A stretch of DNA of 64,000 bases, from NCBI RefSeq assembly GCF_000002075.1, contig NW_004797323.1, positions 1,428,170 to 1,492,169 on the forward strand, written 5' to 3'. Position numbers and translations under genes: made by a program. Below are positions 25,596 through 39,060 of the stretch, in pieces. The DNA comes from Aplysia californica (lineage: Eukaryota). The notes beneath the pieces were generated by a model. It worked only from the letters and a program-made list of their open reading frames with translations. It did not search any database and had not been told where the DNA came from. Numbering within the stretch: position 1 is the stretch's first letter; every line of letters begins with the position of its first letter.

Positions 25596-28500
25596 TTAAA
25601 TGTCGATGAGAAATTGCAACACATTTTTCAAATATAACCGTTTGGAGTGCCAGTTTCCCATTTGTTATTTAATATTAATTTGGGAAATCAAAGAAAAATT
25701 TGGGACTTCTTAATTTAATGCCCCAATAAAATCAGTGCCTTTCTTTGCACTTTTTGATCAACTGCACCAAAAAGAGTCCAAAGTTTACGCCATATTCCTA
25801 CAAAATTTAAGAATCTGAATTATACAAAGAAGAATTTTGACTGAAGCATTCAGAATCACATGAATAAACCAGCAGTATGCTTCATATTATTCGTAGCTTA
25901 ATATACTCTGATTCAATGAAAGGAGATGTAATCCGCATCTTTATATTCAGTAAAACAATTAACTTGGATTCATTGAATACATAAATGAGCAAGCTCGGAT
26001 TCAAAGAAATAGTTTGTAGTTGCAGGGTGAACAGTCCCCGCTGCCATGACTTCGCTCATTTTCCTCTTGCAACGAACCCTATCTGTTCCTGGAAACCATT
26101 CATGGAACCTGCATTATGAACCATTATTCACTTAGTCTATTGTTTATATCTTATGCTACCAATCAGCCACCTTCTTTCATACCAACACACGCGTTGTTGG
26201 CAGGTGCATGTGTCTTAGCCTGTGTCAAGGTCGGACGGGCAGCCAGCACACTCGTGACTGTGTGTACGTGTGTCTTGGGGAAGGGGGAGGGGGCACAAGC
26301 AGCCTAGGCATTTTTCCCCAGCTACCAATCAATACTACAATGATAAATGATAAGCTAGTTTTGATATAGATCTACGTAATGAATTACGCGTTCCGCGCTT
26401 GTCTTTGTAATCAAATGTTGGCGTATGCTAAGCTCTACATAGCAACACAACTTGTTTGGCAAGCAATACATCATAAATGACACAGGGGTGCATTTGAATG
26501 AATTGGCCCTTTTGCACAGTAGGCCTATGTGCTTGGTAGAGTTCACGGGTATTTTCTTGAACTTTTTCAGCATTTCTGTGGTACGGTATCAAAGAAACGA
26601 AAATGCCTGTCATTAAATTGAAACCAAAACCACTTTTGATTAAAGTCGAAAAGGGGAAAAAAACCCCAGGCATTTCAGGGTGGCCTACAACTTATTACTT
26701 CACTTTATACATTACTTGCTCAGTGCCTGTAATTATCTACAAAAAAAACTCACGTTCGCTATGACGAACACTCAGATTCAACTAAATTGAAGGTCGGGCC
26801 CGAAGACTTAGTTGAATCAGAGTTCTACTGTATCTATATGCATCAAGCATTGCCTCAACTCAAGATTCATGCAATAACGGGTTTACCAACTGGGCATGAC
26901 CACCAAAAACATAGGTGGTTATCTTGAAAAAGAAAGCATTTAATCTGGAGAGAAAACCTTGGAGGAATTTGAGTTGAGGCAAGCACTCAAGTTACAGGGG
27001 ACAAAAAAAAAATACTCTGCACACCATCCAGAGTAATCAGAATGTCTTTTATTCATAGCAGTTGACTAAGCAGTATGGTCCCATAAATAATTCAAGAGAT
27101 ACAGCATTGAATTATATACAATTCAGGAATGGGAAAAGCAGATGTGTCAAGTTCGCAGGAGAATTGAAGAAACAGGATCAGAAAATGGGACAGGAAGAAC
27201 GACACCTTTACCTCTTCTTTCAATTTTGAAAGTCCATTGCTAAGCAGTTCTTATTAAGGAAGGATCTAACAACAACAAATGGGTGAACATTTATATTTGA
27301 ACAATAGCAACAATAGCATATAACTGTTCGTAATAATAACAAGGTAAGAAGGAGAAAACAGTGTCGTATTACCATTACTACATATGACAAATCTATACAT
27401 GATTTATACATTCTGAACACACAGGCTCGAGCAGCCAGCACACTGTACAAAACGTCCAAGACTCTACACATGATGAAGTCGATAATCCACACTCAGAAAA
27501 GAGAAGGCGATCATACAAGCTATAAAATGTTTTTTAAAGTTTTCATCCCTTTCATCAAGGGAAACAGCAACGCTACAAATCTAACTGGATGACATATTAG
27601 CTATGTCTCAGTAACATTCGTTTTTAGTTCTAATAAAAGTTTTATGGAGCTTTATACTTAAAACTGAGTGACGAAGATTAGAGGAGTTACTAGAGAGTAA
27701 CATACAAAGAAAAGGAAGAGGAGAGACAAGGAAGATAGATCATAGTTTGAAAGAAAACAAGGAGCAAACCACACCTGCCCACTCATTAACCACCAACTCT
27801 CAGTAACATTAACATGGAGAAGCGTATTTTCCAAATGTCCAGTCAAGAGAGGAGTCTATGGTCCATTTATCATTATAAGATACAATTCTGCTAACAGCCT
27901 GAACAACCCTTGCTCCCATATTATCATATCACATATCTACAACATAAGAACCCTCGTCCCAAAATTGCACAACAAAACACAGAGCAATAAGTTCTTTATA
28001 TCCACATGCTTCATTATCAAACATGAACTTGCGGTAGCTAACAAGGTCTACAACTTCTCTTCCACTTCCTCTTCGCATGTTGAAAGTCAACATCAGTCCA
28101 TGGTGAACAAACTATTAGTATCATTATTATTACCAATAATTATACACTGTGCAAGAAGAGATTTGCTTTGTGACCATATACACTTCCTTGATATCATAAC
28201 CCTTCAGACAAAACAACACACACAACAGGATAATTACATTGAAAGCATTGCAAGCATTATGAATAATAAACTGGTGATTTACAGGAGAATATGCACATAT
28301 TAAATATTTGTTAATACTACAACTTACCTTTTATCAAAGCTAATGACTAACTACAGGGTGTCTTTTAATAAAAAGAGGGCCCATGAAAAAAGACAATAAT
28401 TTTGTCATATATGTACCATTTAAAAAGAAAAAATAGTAGAGGGTTTTACGGCGCTTGCAACTGGATAAGGTAATATGAGCGCCAAGGGATGGGTGTCAAC

Positions 28501-30379
28501 AGAGAAGTCTTTACAGGGAATCGGACTTAGACTGCTCACCTCTCCAGCTTCAACAGCACAAAGTCTGCTTCGACTATCAAGGCACCCCGGAAATAGTGGG
28601 TCACAAGAGTGTGACAAACAAACAAAAGAAGTAGAGGAAAAATGACGATAGTAAGAATTAGGAAAGAAAAAGCAGTAGTTCCCTGTTGCAGTTCAGGCAC
28701 AGTTATGAGCATGACACTGATAAATCAGCCCATTTACAAATAAATTCTACTGTGCATAAGAACATGGCCTAATTTTTTATTATTTTTTTTCTACATACGA
28801 ATTGTTTACACAATGTGACTGATTTGAATACAAAGAATATATAAGAAAAATTCTGAACCTGAAAACAAGTTTGCTAAGAGTGGTTTTCACTATGCGTATG
28901 TTTGCTATGTGTGCATGCAAGCGTGGACTTCAGGGGATGTTTCAATGAAATCATTATTTGAAATTGTCACCTCACTTTAAAGTCTCCACCAAATTAAAAG
29001 GACAACAAAGTTGAAAATGAAGTCACCTCAAAAGTTCAAAAGCCAAATTGCGACAAGTTGTGAAAAATTGAATGTTCACATGGTCAAAAACTATTCAGTG
29101 TCAAGGAATGAGAAAAGGAAAACTGCAAGGTTTGTTGACCTTTGTTTGGGGAAATCCTTCTGAGAGAGAGGGCAAGTACACCCCCCCCCCCCAAATAGTT
29201 ATGGCTATCAGCCATGGTCTGGTCAGAACCAGCTGACCTGGGGTACCTCTACTCAAACCCCCCCCCCCCCCCCCACTCGCCTCTATCCCCTTTCAACAAG
29301 GCATGTATACCAGCACTTGTGATATGGCTAGGCTCTTCTCCATTAATAAGTTGAAGACCTGAATTCTACACCCAAGAGAGAAGCTATTCAAGTGAGTATA
29401 TACCTCTGTGTGCTGGAGTGCTGTTTTTCACTCAGCATGACAGAGTCCAAGTAGCATGTCTCCAAAGTGATCTAAATGTGTGGATGAGGACTTAAAACAT
29501 TAATTATCAAATTAATCAAGATCTGTACCTCATTGAGCGATACAAGCTTAAGTATAGCATAGATTTTCCTTGGTCTTTGAAGAACACTTTCTTCAGATTA
29601 GGAATCAAGAGCACATTTTCTAAAGCAGTGAGCACTTGTGTGATTAATTGCTTGATGTAAAAGGCTCTGGTAGGCTTTGCATAAAGTGTGTTATGCCAAC
29701 AGGAAATCAATGACATGAATAAAATAGACATCAAATAGGAGAAAGATGAAAACTTCCACATCTCCAAAACTTGGAGGCATAGGAACATTCACTTCAAAAT
29801 GCTATAAATTATGGAGATCACTACAAAATGGGTTTTTTTTTCAAAATTTGCATTTAAATAATTTCTAATTCACTGGACCCTGACAACCATCAAACCCCAT
29901 CCTAACCATTATCAGAATCAGATTAGGAAAATTTCATGGTGCAGTTATGAAGCCAACGTTCAACCATCATGTATGGATTAACAGCTAAGCTACAATTCTT
30001 AAGCAAAACACTACGGCAAGCCCATTCACACAACAACCACAGGTAAAGTAAGAGTTTTACTGATTGTACCAGCAAGCAAAAATTCAATGCAACCAGCTGA
30101 TCTTTCGAGAAACATGGTAACAATGAAGAACTGAATTATCTTTCAAATGAATGTTGATCACAGAAAAAAATAGATAGGCCACCTGGTTTATCAAAAATAT
30201 TTTGAAAAGGTTGAGTACCGTGCCAATCTTCATTCCCCTACCTTTTTTAGTTCATAAATCTTCAATTTCTCAAGTTATCCAAAAATAACAAGGCTAGGGT
30301 GATCAGCCATCGAAAATCAGCCATAGTCCAGCAGATTGAATAAGAAAAAAAAGGGGGAAACATTAGAAGAAAGCGCATC

Positions 30380-30788
30380 CCATACGTGCATAAAGAGGAC
30401 CCAGGTTTTCTTGAACAAGTGTCTGAGGAGGCTGCTGAGGATCAAATGGACAGACAGGATCACCAACGAGGAAGTATTAAGAAGAACCAGACAGAACCTA
30501 GTCAGAGATGAGGTGGGAAGAAGACGTTGGCGATGGATTGGACACACTCTCAGGAAGTCAAGCAGCTGCACAACAAGGAAATGAAAGTGTTAGATTGGAA
30601 CCCACAGGGTAAAAGATCAAGGGGAAGACCTCGTGGAACCTGGAGAAGAGTCACGGAAATGGATGTACAGAAAAGTGGGAAGACGTGGAGTGACATCAAG
30701 CGACTAGCCCAGGATAGGGAAAGGTGGAGAGTGTTTGTTCGTGGCCTATATCCTGATCCAGGGTGAGAGAGGTAATGATGATGATGAT
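30380..30788 (+). mobile_element. 5'-truncated RTE-clade LINE, second family
   Basis: NKCLRRLLRIKW...RWRWIGHTLR / LDWNPQGKRSRGRPRGTWRR...AQDRERWR with frameshift; (TGA)n tail. Confidence 0.9.
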
Positions 30789-31024
30789 TAGAAGAAAGAG
30801 CTTTATCTTGTGCTTTCAAATCTTTCCCCAAAATATGTGAGAAACAGAAAGGATCACTTCTTTTTGTCACAGAAAATTGCAAATTATGCAATTCCGAGGT
30901 TTTTCAGCAAGCCTGTCTATGAAATATTTAGAGAAACTTGTTTTGCTATTTTATTGTATACACCAATAAACATAAACCTATTAAAGTTAATCTTGGCACA
31001 GTTTAAAATTAATGACTTTCTCTA

Positions 31025-33106
31025 CACGGCTGTTCCACTCAGGATCACTTAGTTGCCGGCCGACCTGACCTCTGAGACAAGGTCACGCCCTGGTCACGCT
31101 ACTTGCGGGCGTTCGGCCTCGCGGTCAGTGGCTCCCCCGCGATGTTATGTTTTGTACACATAAAGCAACACCAGTTTTTATGAAAGCCGAGAAAGTCAAT
31201 GAAACAACAACCAAATGATCACATGAAGACGAAGGTGATGTTTACGACAGTATAATTTTTATCACGGAGAAGTAAAAGAAAGTGTTGTTTAAAAGAGGGG
31301 GCTTTCATCATAGATTGGTTATTACAAACAAACATGTTTTTTTAAAAATAATTAAAAATAAACGGACCCACGGATTTTTACAGTCTTCATTGTCAGCTCA
31401 CAGTCAGACTTTGAACTTTCAAACATACTTACGTTTATGAGGTAAGACCAAAAAGTCTTGTTGCTATTGTTGATTAATGCACACAGTCTTGTCAATGAGT
31501 GGGAAAACAGTTGAGTCCAGCCAACGCACGAGTATATTTCACATGAGATTGAAGACCGTTCTTTACACCTTCACAGCTAAATTGATGTTACTATAGTAAA
31601 TAATTTGATAAACATACTACTATAAAACTGTTTAGGAACTAAGGTTTTATCTGTGAATAGTCTGAATCGTCTAAATCGTCTTGTTTACTTTTTCATGCGT
31701 TTTTCCACTGGCTCATGGAGTGTGGCCTTTAAATCTGAAGATGTCTGTAGTCGGTGTGCTTCCAACACAGCTTTAAGTTATTTTTAAAAAAAATTTTTAT
31801 GCCTACTGTTCTCTTTTCTACTCTGGCGATTGTGCCATGAGCATACACCCCCCCCCCCCCCCCCCTTGTTCGCCCAGCATGCCAAGGCCAAATCCGCAGG
31901 CTTTCATAAATGGCAAGCAATGGCGCTCTAGCATGTGTATTTTTGGTGTCACTGTGTGAGGAAATACTTTGCGGAATAGTTTTAGATATGAATCGATGTC
32001 TGCGCTAATGGAAATGTGTTCTGACGGGAGTACAGAAGAAGTATCTGGGGTGGGGGTATACGTTATGCTCGCGGGGGATGGACAAGGCAACTCGTGTCCT
32101 TCCGTAAGCAAAGGAATGCGCTCTTTACTGCACCCTTTGCTAAGTTTAACACAGCGAGCACACACAGGGCACTCGTTAATGCATATGCTTGCATCGTAAG
32201 CGGACCAAACATAGGCACTGTCTTCTACACATTAATTCTGTGCGGCCTTCAAAGCCGTATTTGTAATTTGTTTCCGTAGTGTGTATATTCGCGAGCCACA
32301 TTTCCTGCACAGAGTGTTGGAATGCTTGTCAGCTGTGTCGTTGTCAATGTTCAGTCTATAATCTTGTAATAAGTCAGACTTAAAGTTTTCACACAAAAAT
32401 TGACGCTGCTTAGAAACTTTAGTTTTTAAAGTTCTTCCACTACAAGTACGACACAACTTGTTTAAATTCTCAAAGTGGAAGTTATAAGAGTGTTCCATCT
32501 TTGATGTTAAAAGGCTCTATTATTATAAACACACAAGAAAGTCAGACGGCAAGTTCCCGCTTCACAGAGTTTTTCTTTGCACTGAGCGTTGCACTAGACT
32601 AGTCACATAAAGTGCGCTAGTTCATGTAAATTTAGCTCGGACCCTGAGATTTTTCACCACAATTGAGAGAATAGATTTACAAAAAGAAATATGAAGGTTA
32701 AAACAAAAATTGTCGGTTCGAATTATTAAAATCCGCTTTTAAATCCAAAAAAATAAATAACACAGAGCTGTACAACAGTGGTAGTATATAAGTATCCCAA
32801 GGGAATATAAAACAAGATAGAAACTGGTTTCAAACTGCCGGTTATAGAGGAGATGCTGAGCTTTTATTTGATATATAACACTCCTAGGTTTACGGGATGG
32901 AGAAAGGGAGTACTAAGCTGTAAATTCCAGTTAATTTCTTGAAATTGTACCCTTTCCGTACGGAGCGGTCAGATCTAGGGATAGGCCGGTGGAAGTGGCG
33001 TAACGCATCGAGATTTATTACCTTCCGCAAGAGGTCACAGGGGTCAGAAGGGTCAGATGGGCTACAACTAAGTGCGCCTCTCAGAGAATGAAACTGAACA
33101 GCCGTG
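31025..33106 (-). mobile_element. Internally deleted Chapaev / N-RAG-TP-like (CMC/Transib-related) DNA transposon
   Basis: Termini CACGGCTGTTC...GAACAGCCGTG, flanks TCTA/CCTA (imperfect 4-bp TSD); internal transposase relic. Confidence 0.85.
31685..32498 (-). pseudogene. Chapaev-type transposase relic with RAG1-N-terminal-like Zn domain; catalytic core deleted
   Basis: HFENLNKLCRTC...LNIDND...HSNTLCRKC...W...CPVC fused to TPKIHMLERH...GLGMLGEQG; in-frame TAA at 32232-32234, frameshifts at the G-run and near 31790. Confidence 0.85.
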
Positions 33107-33932
33107 CCTAGTGATCTATAAACTTTCTTATCTTCTGACTCTATAAAGAGTTGTAGTACAGGTTAGAAAAGCTGCAGGAAATCACATATCATATCATTAA
33201 GGTACCCCGATAAGCATGCACATTATCATGGTCATAAGGCAATTGCAGTAATTTTTTTCAGGTTACTAGTTACTGGCATGATAAGAATGCTTGTTCATCT
33301 TTATATTATATTCTCAATATAGCAGGGTATCGATTTGTAAAAAAACAACCAAAAAACAATTTTTGAGATATTTCTACTTTTGCTCAAGTTGCAAGTTCGA
33401 TGTAGGTCAGAATTATTCTTTAAAATGTTCACAAACAGCAAAAAATGACAAAGGCATTTGTGTTATGACAGTGACGATGCTGCATAAGATATAAAAGATA
33501 GCAGAGTTGATGAGGGCATAGACTCAATCTGTATTCCGAATAATGCAAATCTTTGTATATAAAAAATCTAACATAAGCAGCAGCCTAAAGAAAAGAGAAA
33601 TACAGAGGTAAGAAGAAAACAGAAGACCATGAATCCCATATAAGGTAGAAAAAAAATCTGGTATGCAATGTACAAAAATGAATTTTTGTTTGTATCTTTC
33701 TGATCAGAGACTGTCTCTAACTTCCATTCAAAGCCCCTTTGTTCTTTCCTCTTATTCGCACACACATACACACTGATAAACACATAATAATAATAATTTT
33801 AAAAAATAGTTGGCATTTGTATAGCTCAAATTTCTGGCAAGTTCCATGCGCTTTACAATGTATATTATTACCTCAATATAGATTTGCAGAGCTAACACAC
33901 ACAAAAAAAAGTCCACACATGTAGTTAATATA

Positions 33933-34855
33933 CAGTAGTCTCCCCCTAAATGCACGGTGTTCGGGAGGGCTCCTTAGCATGGGTTTATACGGAGTGTGTG
34001 TTTACATGAACCTGTGCAAAGAGAGGAAGGAACGCAACCATCACATTGCCTTGATATTTTAGTGACCTCCTTGGGGGGCTGAGGGTCACTAGCCGATAAT
34101 GTGATTACACATGACTGTTTAGTGAAGGATTCCCTGACAGCGGTAATATATACAAAGGCGTTGAATGGGTTGGTCAAGGGGGGGGGAGAGCATGAAATGC
34201 AATATAAAATGTCAGGAACAGACAAAAGGAAACTGTTCGTGATAGTCAAAGGGTATGGACAAGCACTCAGCCATGCGGCTTTCCAAGAAAAGACTCCCGA
34301 CTCCCTGTCATTTATTGCAACTTAAATAATTCATGGTAGACATCAGAATCAGACATTTTGAGAAACTTTTCTCGGATTTGTTGAACAAGTATGTTAAAAG
34401 TACTTTGAGCGTAGCCTAATCTTTAACCCTGTAGAGGCCTACCCAGAGTCCTACATCATTAACGTGTGTTGCGCATCATAGGCCTAACTCAACATTACGT
34501 TTGCAGTCATTCAAATATCAGTCAGGAAACTTCTCTCAAAGACACATTTCGAGTAACCAATCAAAAATCATTTCAGTCCCCCAAAATACTACTTGACCAG
34601 TCCTAGACCTATGTGTTTGCTGAAGATTGGGTGTGAAAACCCAGTCCATCCCTCTCTTTGTTCTGTGTGGGGGGGGCAGTTTTACCGAATATCCGGTTGT
34701 CTCGACTTGTTTTCGCGGATCGAAGAGAGCGTTTAGAAGAAGCGAACGTGCGTTCGTACATCTGAACTATATAGTAAAAACCTCATCATACGACAAAAGC
34801 ATGCATTTGAGCGGAGCGTGCTTTTGTATGGCGTGCGTTTAGGCAGAGACTACTG
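33933..34855 (-). mobile_element. Same Tigger/pogo-like family, copy 2 (opposite orientation)
   Basis: TA-flanked CAGTAGTCTCC...GAGACTACTG; internal sequence is the diverged reverse complement of 3392-4352. Confidence 0.85.
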
Positions 34856-34941
34856 TAGCCTAGAAGAGACACACACTGTCCACAAATCGTCTGGAGCCCC
34901 AATTCGCATAACTTCATCAACACGCTCTGTCCCGTCCACCC

Positions 34942-35050
34942 TCATGTGCTGTGGTCAAAAGTGGACATGAGCTCAGAGTAGCCGGTCATCCATCGGCTCA
35001 ACAGTGTGTCCACATGTCCCTCGCGCAGCTCCGACACCTGGCTCTGGAGC
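34942..35050 (-). CDS. CENP-U-like gene terminal coding exon
   Basis: cttcttgaag|G; RLQSQVSELREGHVDTLLSRWMTGYSELMSTFDHST*; the 10 exons sum to 2568 nt, i.e. 855 aa plus stop. Confidence 0.8.
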
Positions 35051-35559
35051 CTTCAAGAAGGGGGAAACAAAGCCACATCAAAACAAAAATAGATTATCTT
35101 TATAGTTTGGCAGCAGTAGAAATTCAACATCTTGTTTGATTTTGAGTACAGAAAAGCAATTTGACAAGATAACAGTCATTTGATACAAAGAAAAGGCAAG
35201 ACAGACTTACAAAATAACAGTGGGAAAGAAAAGAACAATGATCTACCAATGGTGCCCTCTGTCATTCTACCAGACATAGTAAGGTCAATTTGAAAAGTGC
35301 ACACTTGGCCCAGTTGATACATCAAGTAAAAATTTCATGACATTTGCAACTCAAACCATAGAGGTGCCAAAGATTAGAGATGTTACTAGGGAGTAGCATA
35401 TAAAGAAAAGGAGGAGAGATAAGGAAGAGGGATGTTTGACAGGAAAGAAGAAGCAGCCACACCAGAGCATCTGCCAGCCATCCTCAAAGTAAAAGTCAAC
35501 TACACGTATTTAAGTGTAGATAAAAATCTAGTGCAGGAGGTTGTATCTACTGCGTTACT

Positions 35560-35870
35560 ATAAGGTTATAAAATTAGTCTCCTACTGTAGGATATTAACT
35601 TATCGTTACCTCAGAATTACAAAGTTCTATCTGCTCAGGACTTAGTTTTGAGAAATTTAACATAAAAGATTTTGAGTACATCATGTCAAGCTTTTAAGAA
35701 TGCAATTCTTTGAATATCTTGATAACAACTCTAAATAATCTTACGATTTTGATAGAGCAGATAGGACATTTGTTTTTTTGACTTCATGGTCTTAATAACT
35801 CAAAATAGATAGAACTTTGTAATTCTGAGGCAGTGTAAGGTAGATCAATCTATACAGAGGTATCCTTTGA
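35560..35870. mobile_element. MITE-like inverted repeat element
   Basis: CCTCAGAATTACAAAGTTCTATCT / AGATAGAACTTTGTAATTCTGAGG. Confidence 0.6.
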
Positions 35871-36167
35871 AATTATTACGACAATGCACAACATCAATAA
35901 AAGATTTTAAAATCTTGATCACAGAGAATGTGTTGCACTAAGGTTTCATAGCATACCACATATTGGAAAGCATCAAATAGCATTAGGTAGAACGTAACAC
36001 AAGGCTCATTGGAGCAATTACTTTCATACCAAACCTGATGGAGAAAACAAATGGAGCTGAAAAGTAAAAAGTCCTGTATGTTTAGTAGATAGCATTTTTG
36101 TCTTAGGTCTTGATCGTCGTTAAGCCTATAACGTGGGTGTAGCCCAACCAAGACAGATCCCACTGAC

Positions 36168-36229
36168 CTTGCTTTCACCAGCTCCTGTTCCTTAAGGTCC
36201 CCCATCAGTTTGGCACATTGAGCTTTTTT
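36168..36229 (-). CDS. CENP-U-like gene exon 9 (coiled coil)
   Basis: cctcag|AAA, AG|gtcagt; KKAQCAKLMGDLKEQELVKA; phase 0 in, 2 out. Confidence 0.8.
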
Positions 36230-37075
36230 CTGAGGACAAATGAGCTTGATGATAACGAAATGACAAGATGGATAACACTTTTCTTTTTGAGTTTTAGTTT
36301 GATTTATATGGAACTTGCAACACAATTAGGTCATATAAAAGCCGATGATTAAAGGTGTTACTACTAGACAGTAACATACAAAGAAAAGAAGTAGAAGAGA
36401 TAAAGTAAATAGATGTGTGAGAGGAAAGAATGAGCAAACCACACCAGATCACTTGCCAACCACCTCCACTAAGGCCTGTAAGTCATGTTCAGTCTGCCAC
36501 ATTACTTTTTGACCATCAGCAAATAAAGACACCACAAATCTGGGAATTCAACTTACTTTCAAAAGCAAACAATCCCTGCGTCATTTCAAGTGTAGTATTG
36601 TGACATGGTATTTTCTTTAACTTACACAACCTCTACTGCAGTATCAGAAACAAAAAACCCTTGACCTGACAGGCCAGGAAACAACAGCTACCCGACGGTC
36701 CATTTTACAATCAATGTCAACAGCATTATAAAAAGAGTCGATGTTCATCACAAAAATATGTTCTGTTTTTTTATCCTCACACCACCACTCAAGATATAAT
36801 AGCTTTAGTAAGAGTTTTAACGCACTTGCGACACAATTAGTTGCTGATTACAAGTGCCAAAGTTTTGAGGTGTTACAAGAGAGTAACAAACACAAAAGAG
36901 AAGGAGGAGAGATAAAGATGATAGATATTTGATAGGAAAGAAGGAACAAACTACACCCATCAACCACGAACACAAAACAGTTTTTAAAATTTAGGAGCTA
37001 TTTATAGCTGTGTATCCATAAGAACGCTAACATAATCTAAGAAGAAAATGAAGACAAGGAACAGACAGGCCTCAC

Positions 37076-37123
37076 CTTTTTCAAGCTTTTCTGCATGTCT
37101 TTTATTAGTTGAGTTTTGACAAT
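37076..37123 (-). CDS. CENP-U-like gene exon 8 (coiled coil)
   Basis: caacag|ATT, AAG|gtgagg; IVKTQLIKDMQKSLKK; phase 0/0. Confidence 0.82.
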
Positions 37124-37213
37124 CTGTTGAAGTAAATAATAAGGAACAACAGAACAATAAAAAAAACAAAAAAACCCCACACAAAACGTTAGCAGCTTCT
37201 CAATACAGGAATT

Positions 37214-38468
37214 CATACCTGCCAACATTGCCTGGGCCAAAATCTGTAGTTGGACGCAAATTTTTGTCCAAAAATCTGTAGTTGACCTAAAAAAATCTGT
37301 AGTAGGCTATATTACCTCTTGTCGCATACTTAATTTGGGACCCTTATTAATATTTTATTTTGACCCACATCAAATATGCATGATTGTGTTTGCGACTTCA
37401 AACAAATGTAGAAAATGACTAAGAAAAAAAATTGACTGATATGAAAACTACCTGAGGCATTTACCCTATTAGTAGTTGGTGCAGTTCCTGTCCTATTCAT
37501 ACCTGCACGAACACACACACAAATGAAACCAAAAAACAACAACCCCCCCCCCCAATCAAAAAAACAAAAACAGACGCAAAGAAAAAAAGATGAAGAAAAA
37601 GTGGGCCTTGGATGACTTAGGCCTAGCCTTGGCCTTTTGTCTTTGCAGAGTTTACAAGGAAAGAGTAGGACAGATCCCGAGTCCACACAAGGCCTGCACC
37701 AACACGCGTTTTGCAGAGAGTTTTCTAGATCTAGAGGTAATAAAAAAATTTAGAATACTAAAATTTGCTTCCAAGTTCAGTTTTTGTCCCCTGGTGTTGC
37801 CTTCACCCCCCCCCCCCCCTCTCCCCCGAGTGTATCTTTAAAAAAAAAAATCCTCCCCCCATTCCGGAGTCCTATACTACGCAGCGCTCAGACTTTGAAT
37901 GAACTTTGGTGACCCCTACAAGTGCCCGTGCTCACAATGTGACGGAACGCGCAAGTTCATTGACCGGTCACAATGGCGAACCCGACAAGACGCTTGTATA
38001 ACTATAACTTTCTTTTCTTTTTCACAAGTGACAGCACAGCACAAATATTGATTTATTTTCAAGGCGACACAGCGTTTGCCATGCACAGTCTGCATGTTGT
38101 TACAATTAATGTTGCGTTATCAAACTACTACCAGCAAATTTCTGGGTGGTAACAAAAGTGAAAGTGTATGTTGATTATCCCGATCAAACGTCGGTATCAC
38201 ACCCGCTTGCCACCATAGCCGCCTGTCTGCGTGAAGAAACATACTCTCGAGGGAGCCGAATGAATCACAATCGCGACCGGCAAAAATGAACTTTCGGGCG
38301 TTATCGGATTTGGTTTTCAAATATTTGATAACTTTCTCAAATTCCCGGGGCCTGGCAGTCACCCTGCTGAATCCCGAAGTCGGTGGCTTCATCTCAAAAT
38401 CGGTGGATCGGTAGTTTGACCCTAAAGTCGGTGATCTACCGATTTTTTCTGTAGGGTTGGCAGGTATG
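37214..38468. mobile_element. hAT-like non-autonomous DNA transposon
   Basis: TIR CATACCTGCCAAC / GTTGGCAGGTATG; flanks GGAATT/CGAATT; subterminal AAAATCTGTAG repeats. Confidence 0.7.
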
Positions 38469-39060
38469 CGAATTGTTTTGGTCTTTGAGAATAGTTTTCA
38501 ATTCCCCAAATACATTGAGAGAAAAATTAATCTATTCAAACAGACCTCATATCATGGAGACTTTCCATTCTCGTTTTTAAAACTTCAGTTGCTTGAAAAC
38601 TAAAATACACACATAAAGGATTACTGTTGGGCATATGGTCTGACATTGACACTATACAAGAAATGATTTATTTCATTTCATTTTGTTATCTTTCCCGTAG
38701 TTGAGAAACTGAAACTTGATTTTTTCGTAAGAGTTTTACGGCACTTGCAACACAATAAGGTCATATAAGAGCCAAGGATAAGAGGTGTTACAAGGGAGTA
38801 ACAAACACAAAAAAGAATGAGGGGAGATAAAGATGATAGATGTTTGATAGGAAAGAAAGAGCAAACCACACTAGAGCACCCGCCAACCACCCACTCTGAA
38901 ACTGAGAAAAATGAATAAATTTGTGGAAAAATCATATTTTGCCCTTCACAAACCAACAACAAAATGTAAGAGAAAACAGAAGTATCAAGTTACAGTGGAG
39001 AAAAATATGATATAAGATTTCATCCTCAGCTCTCCAAAACAACAAATCACATGGTAAACA

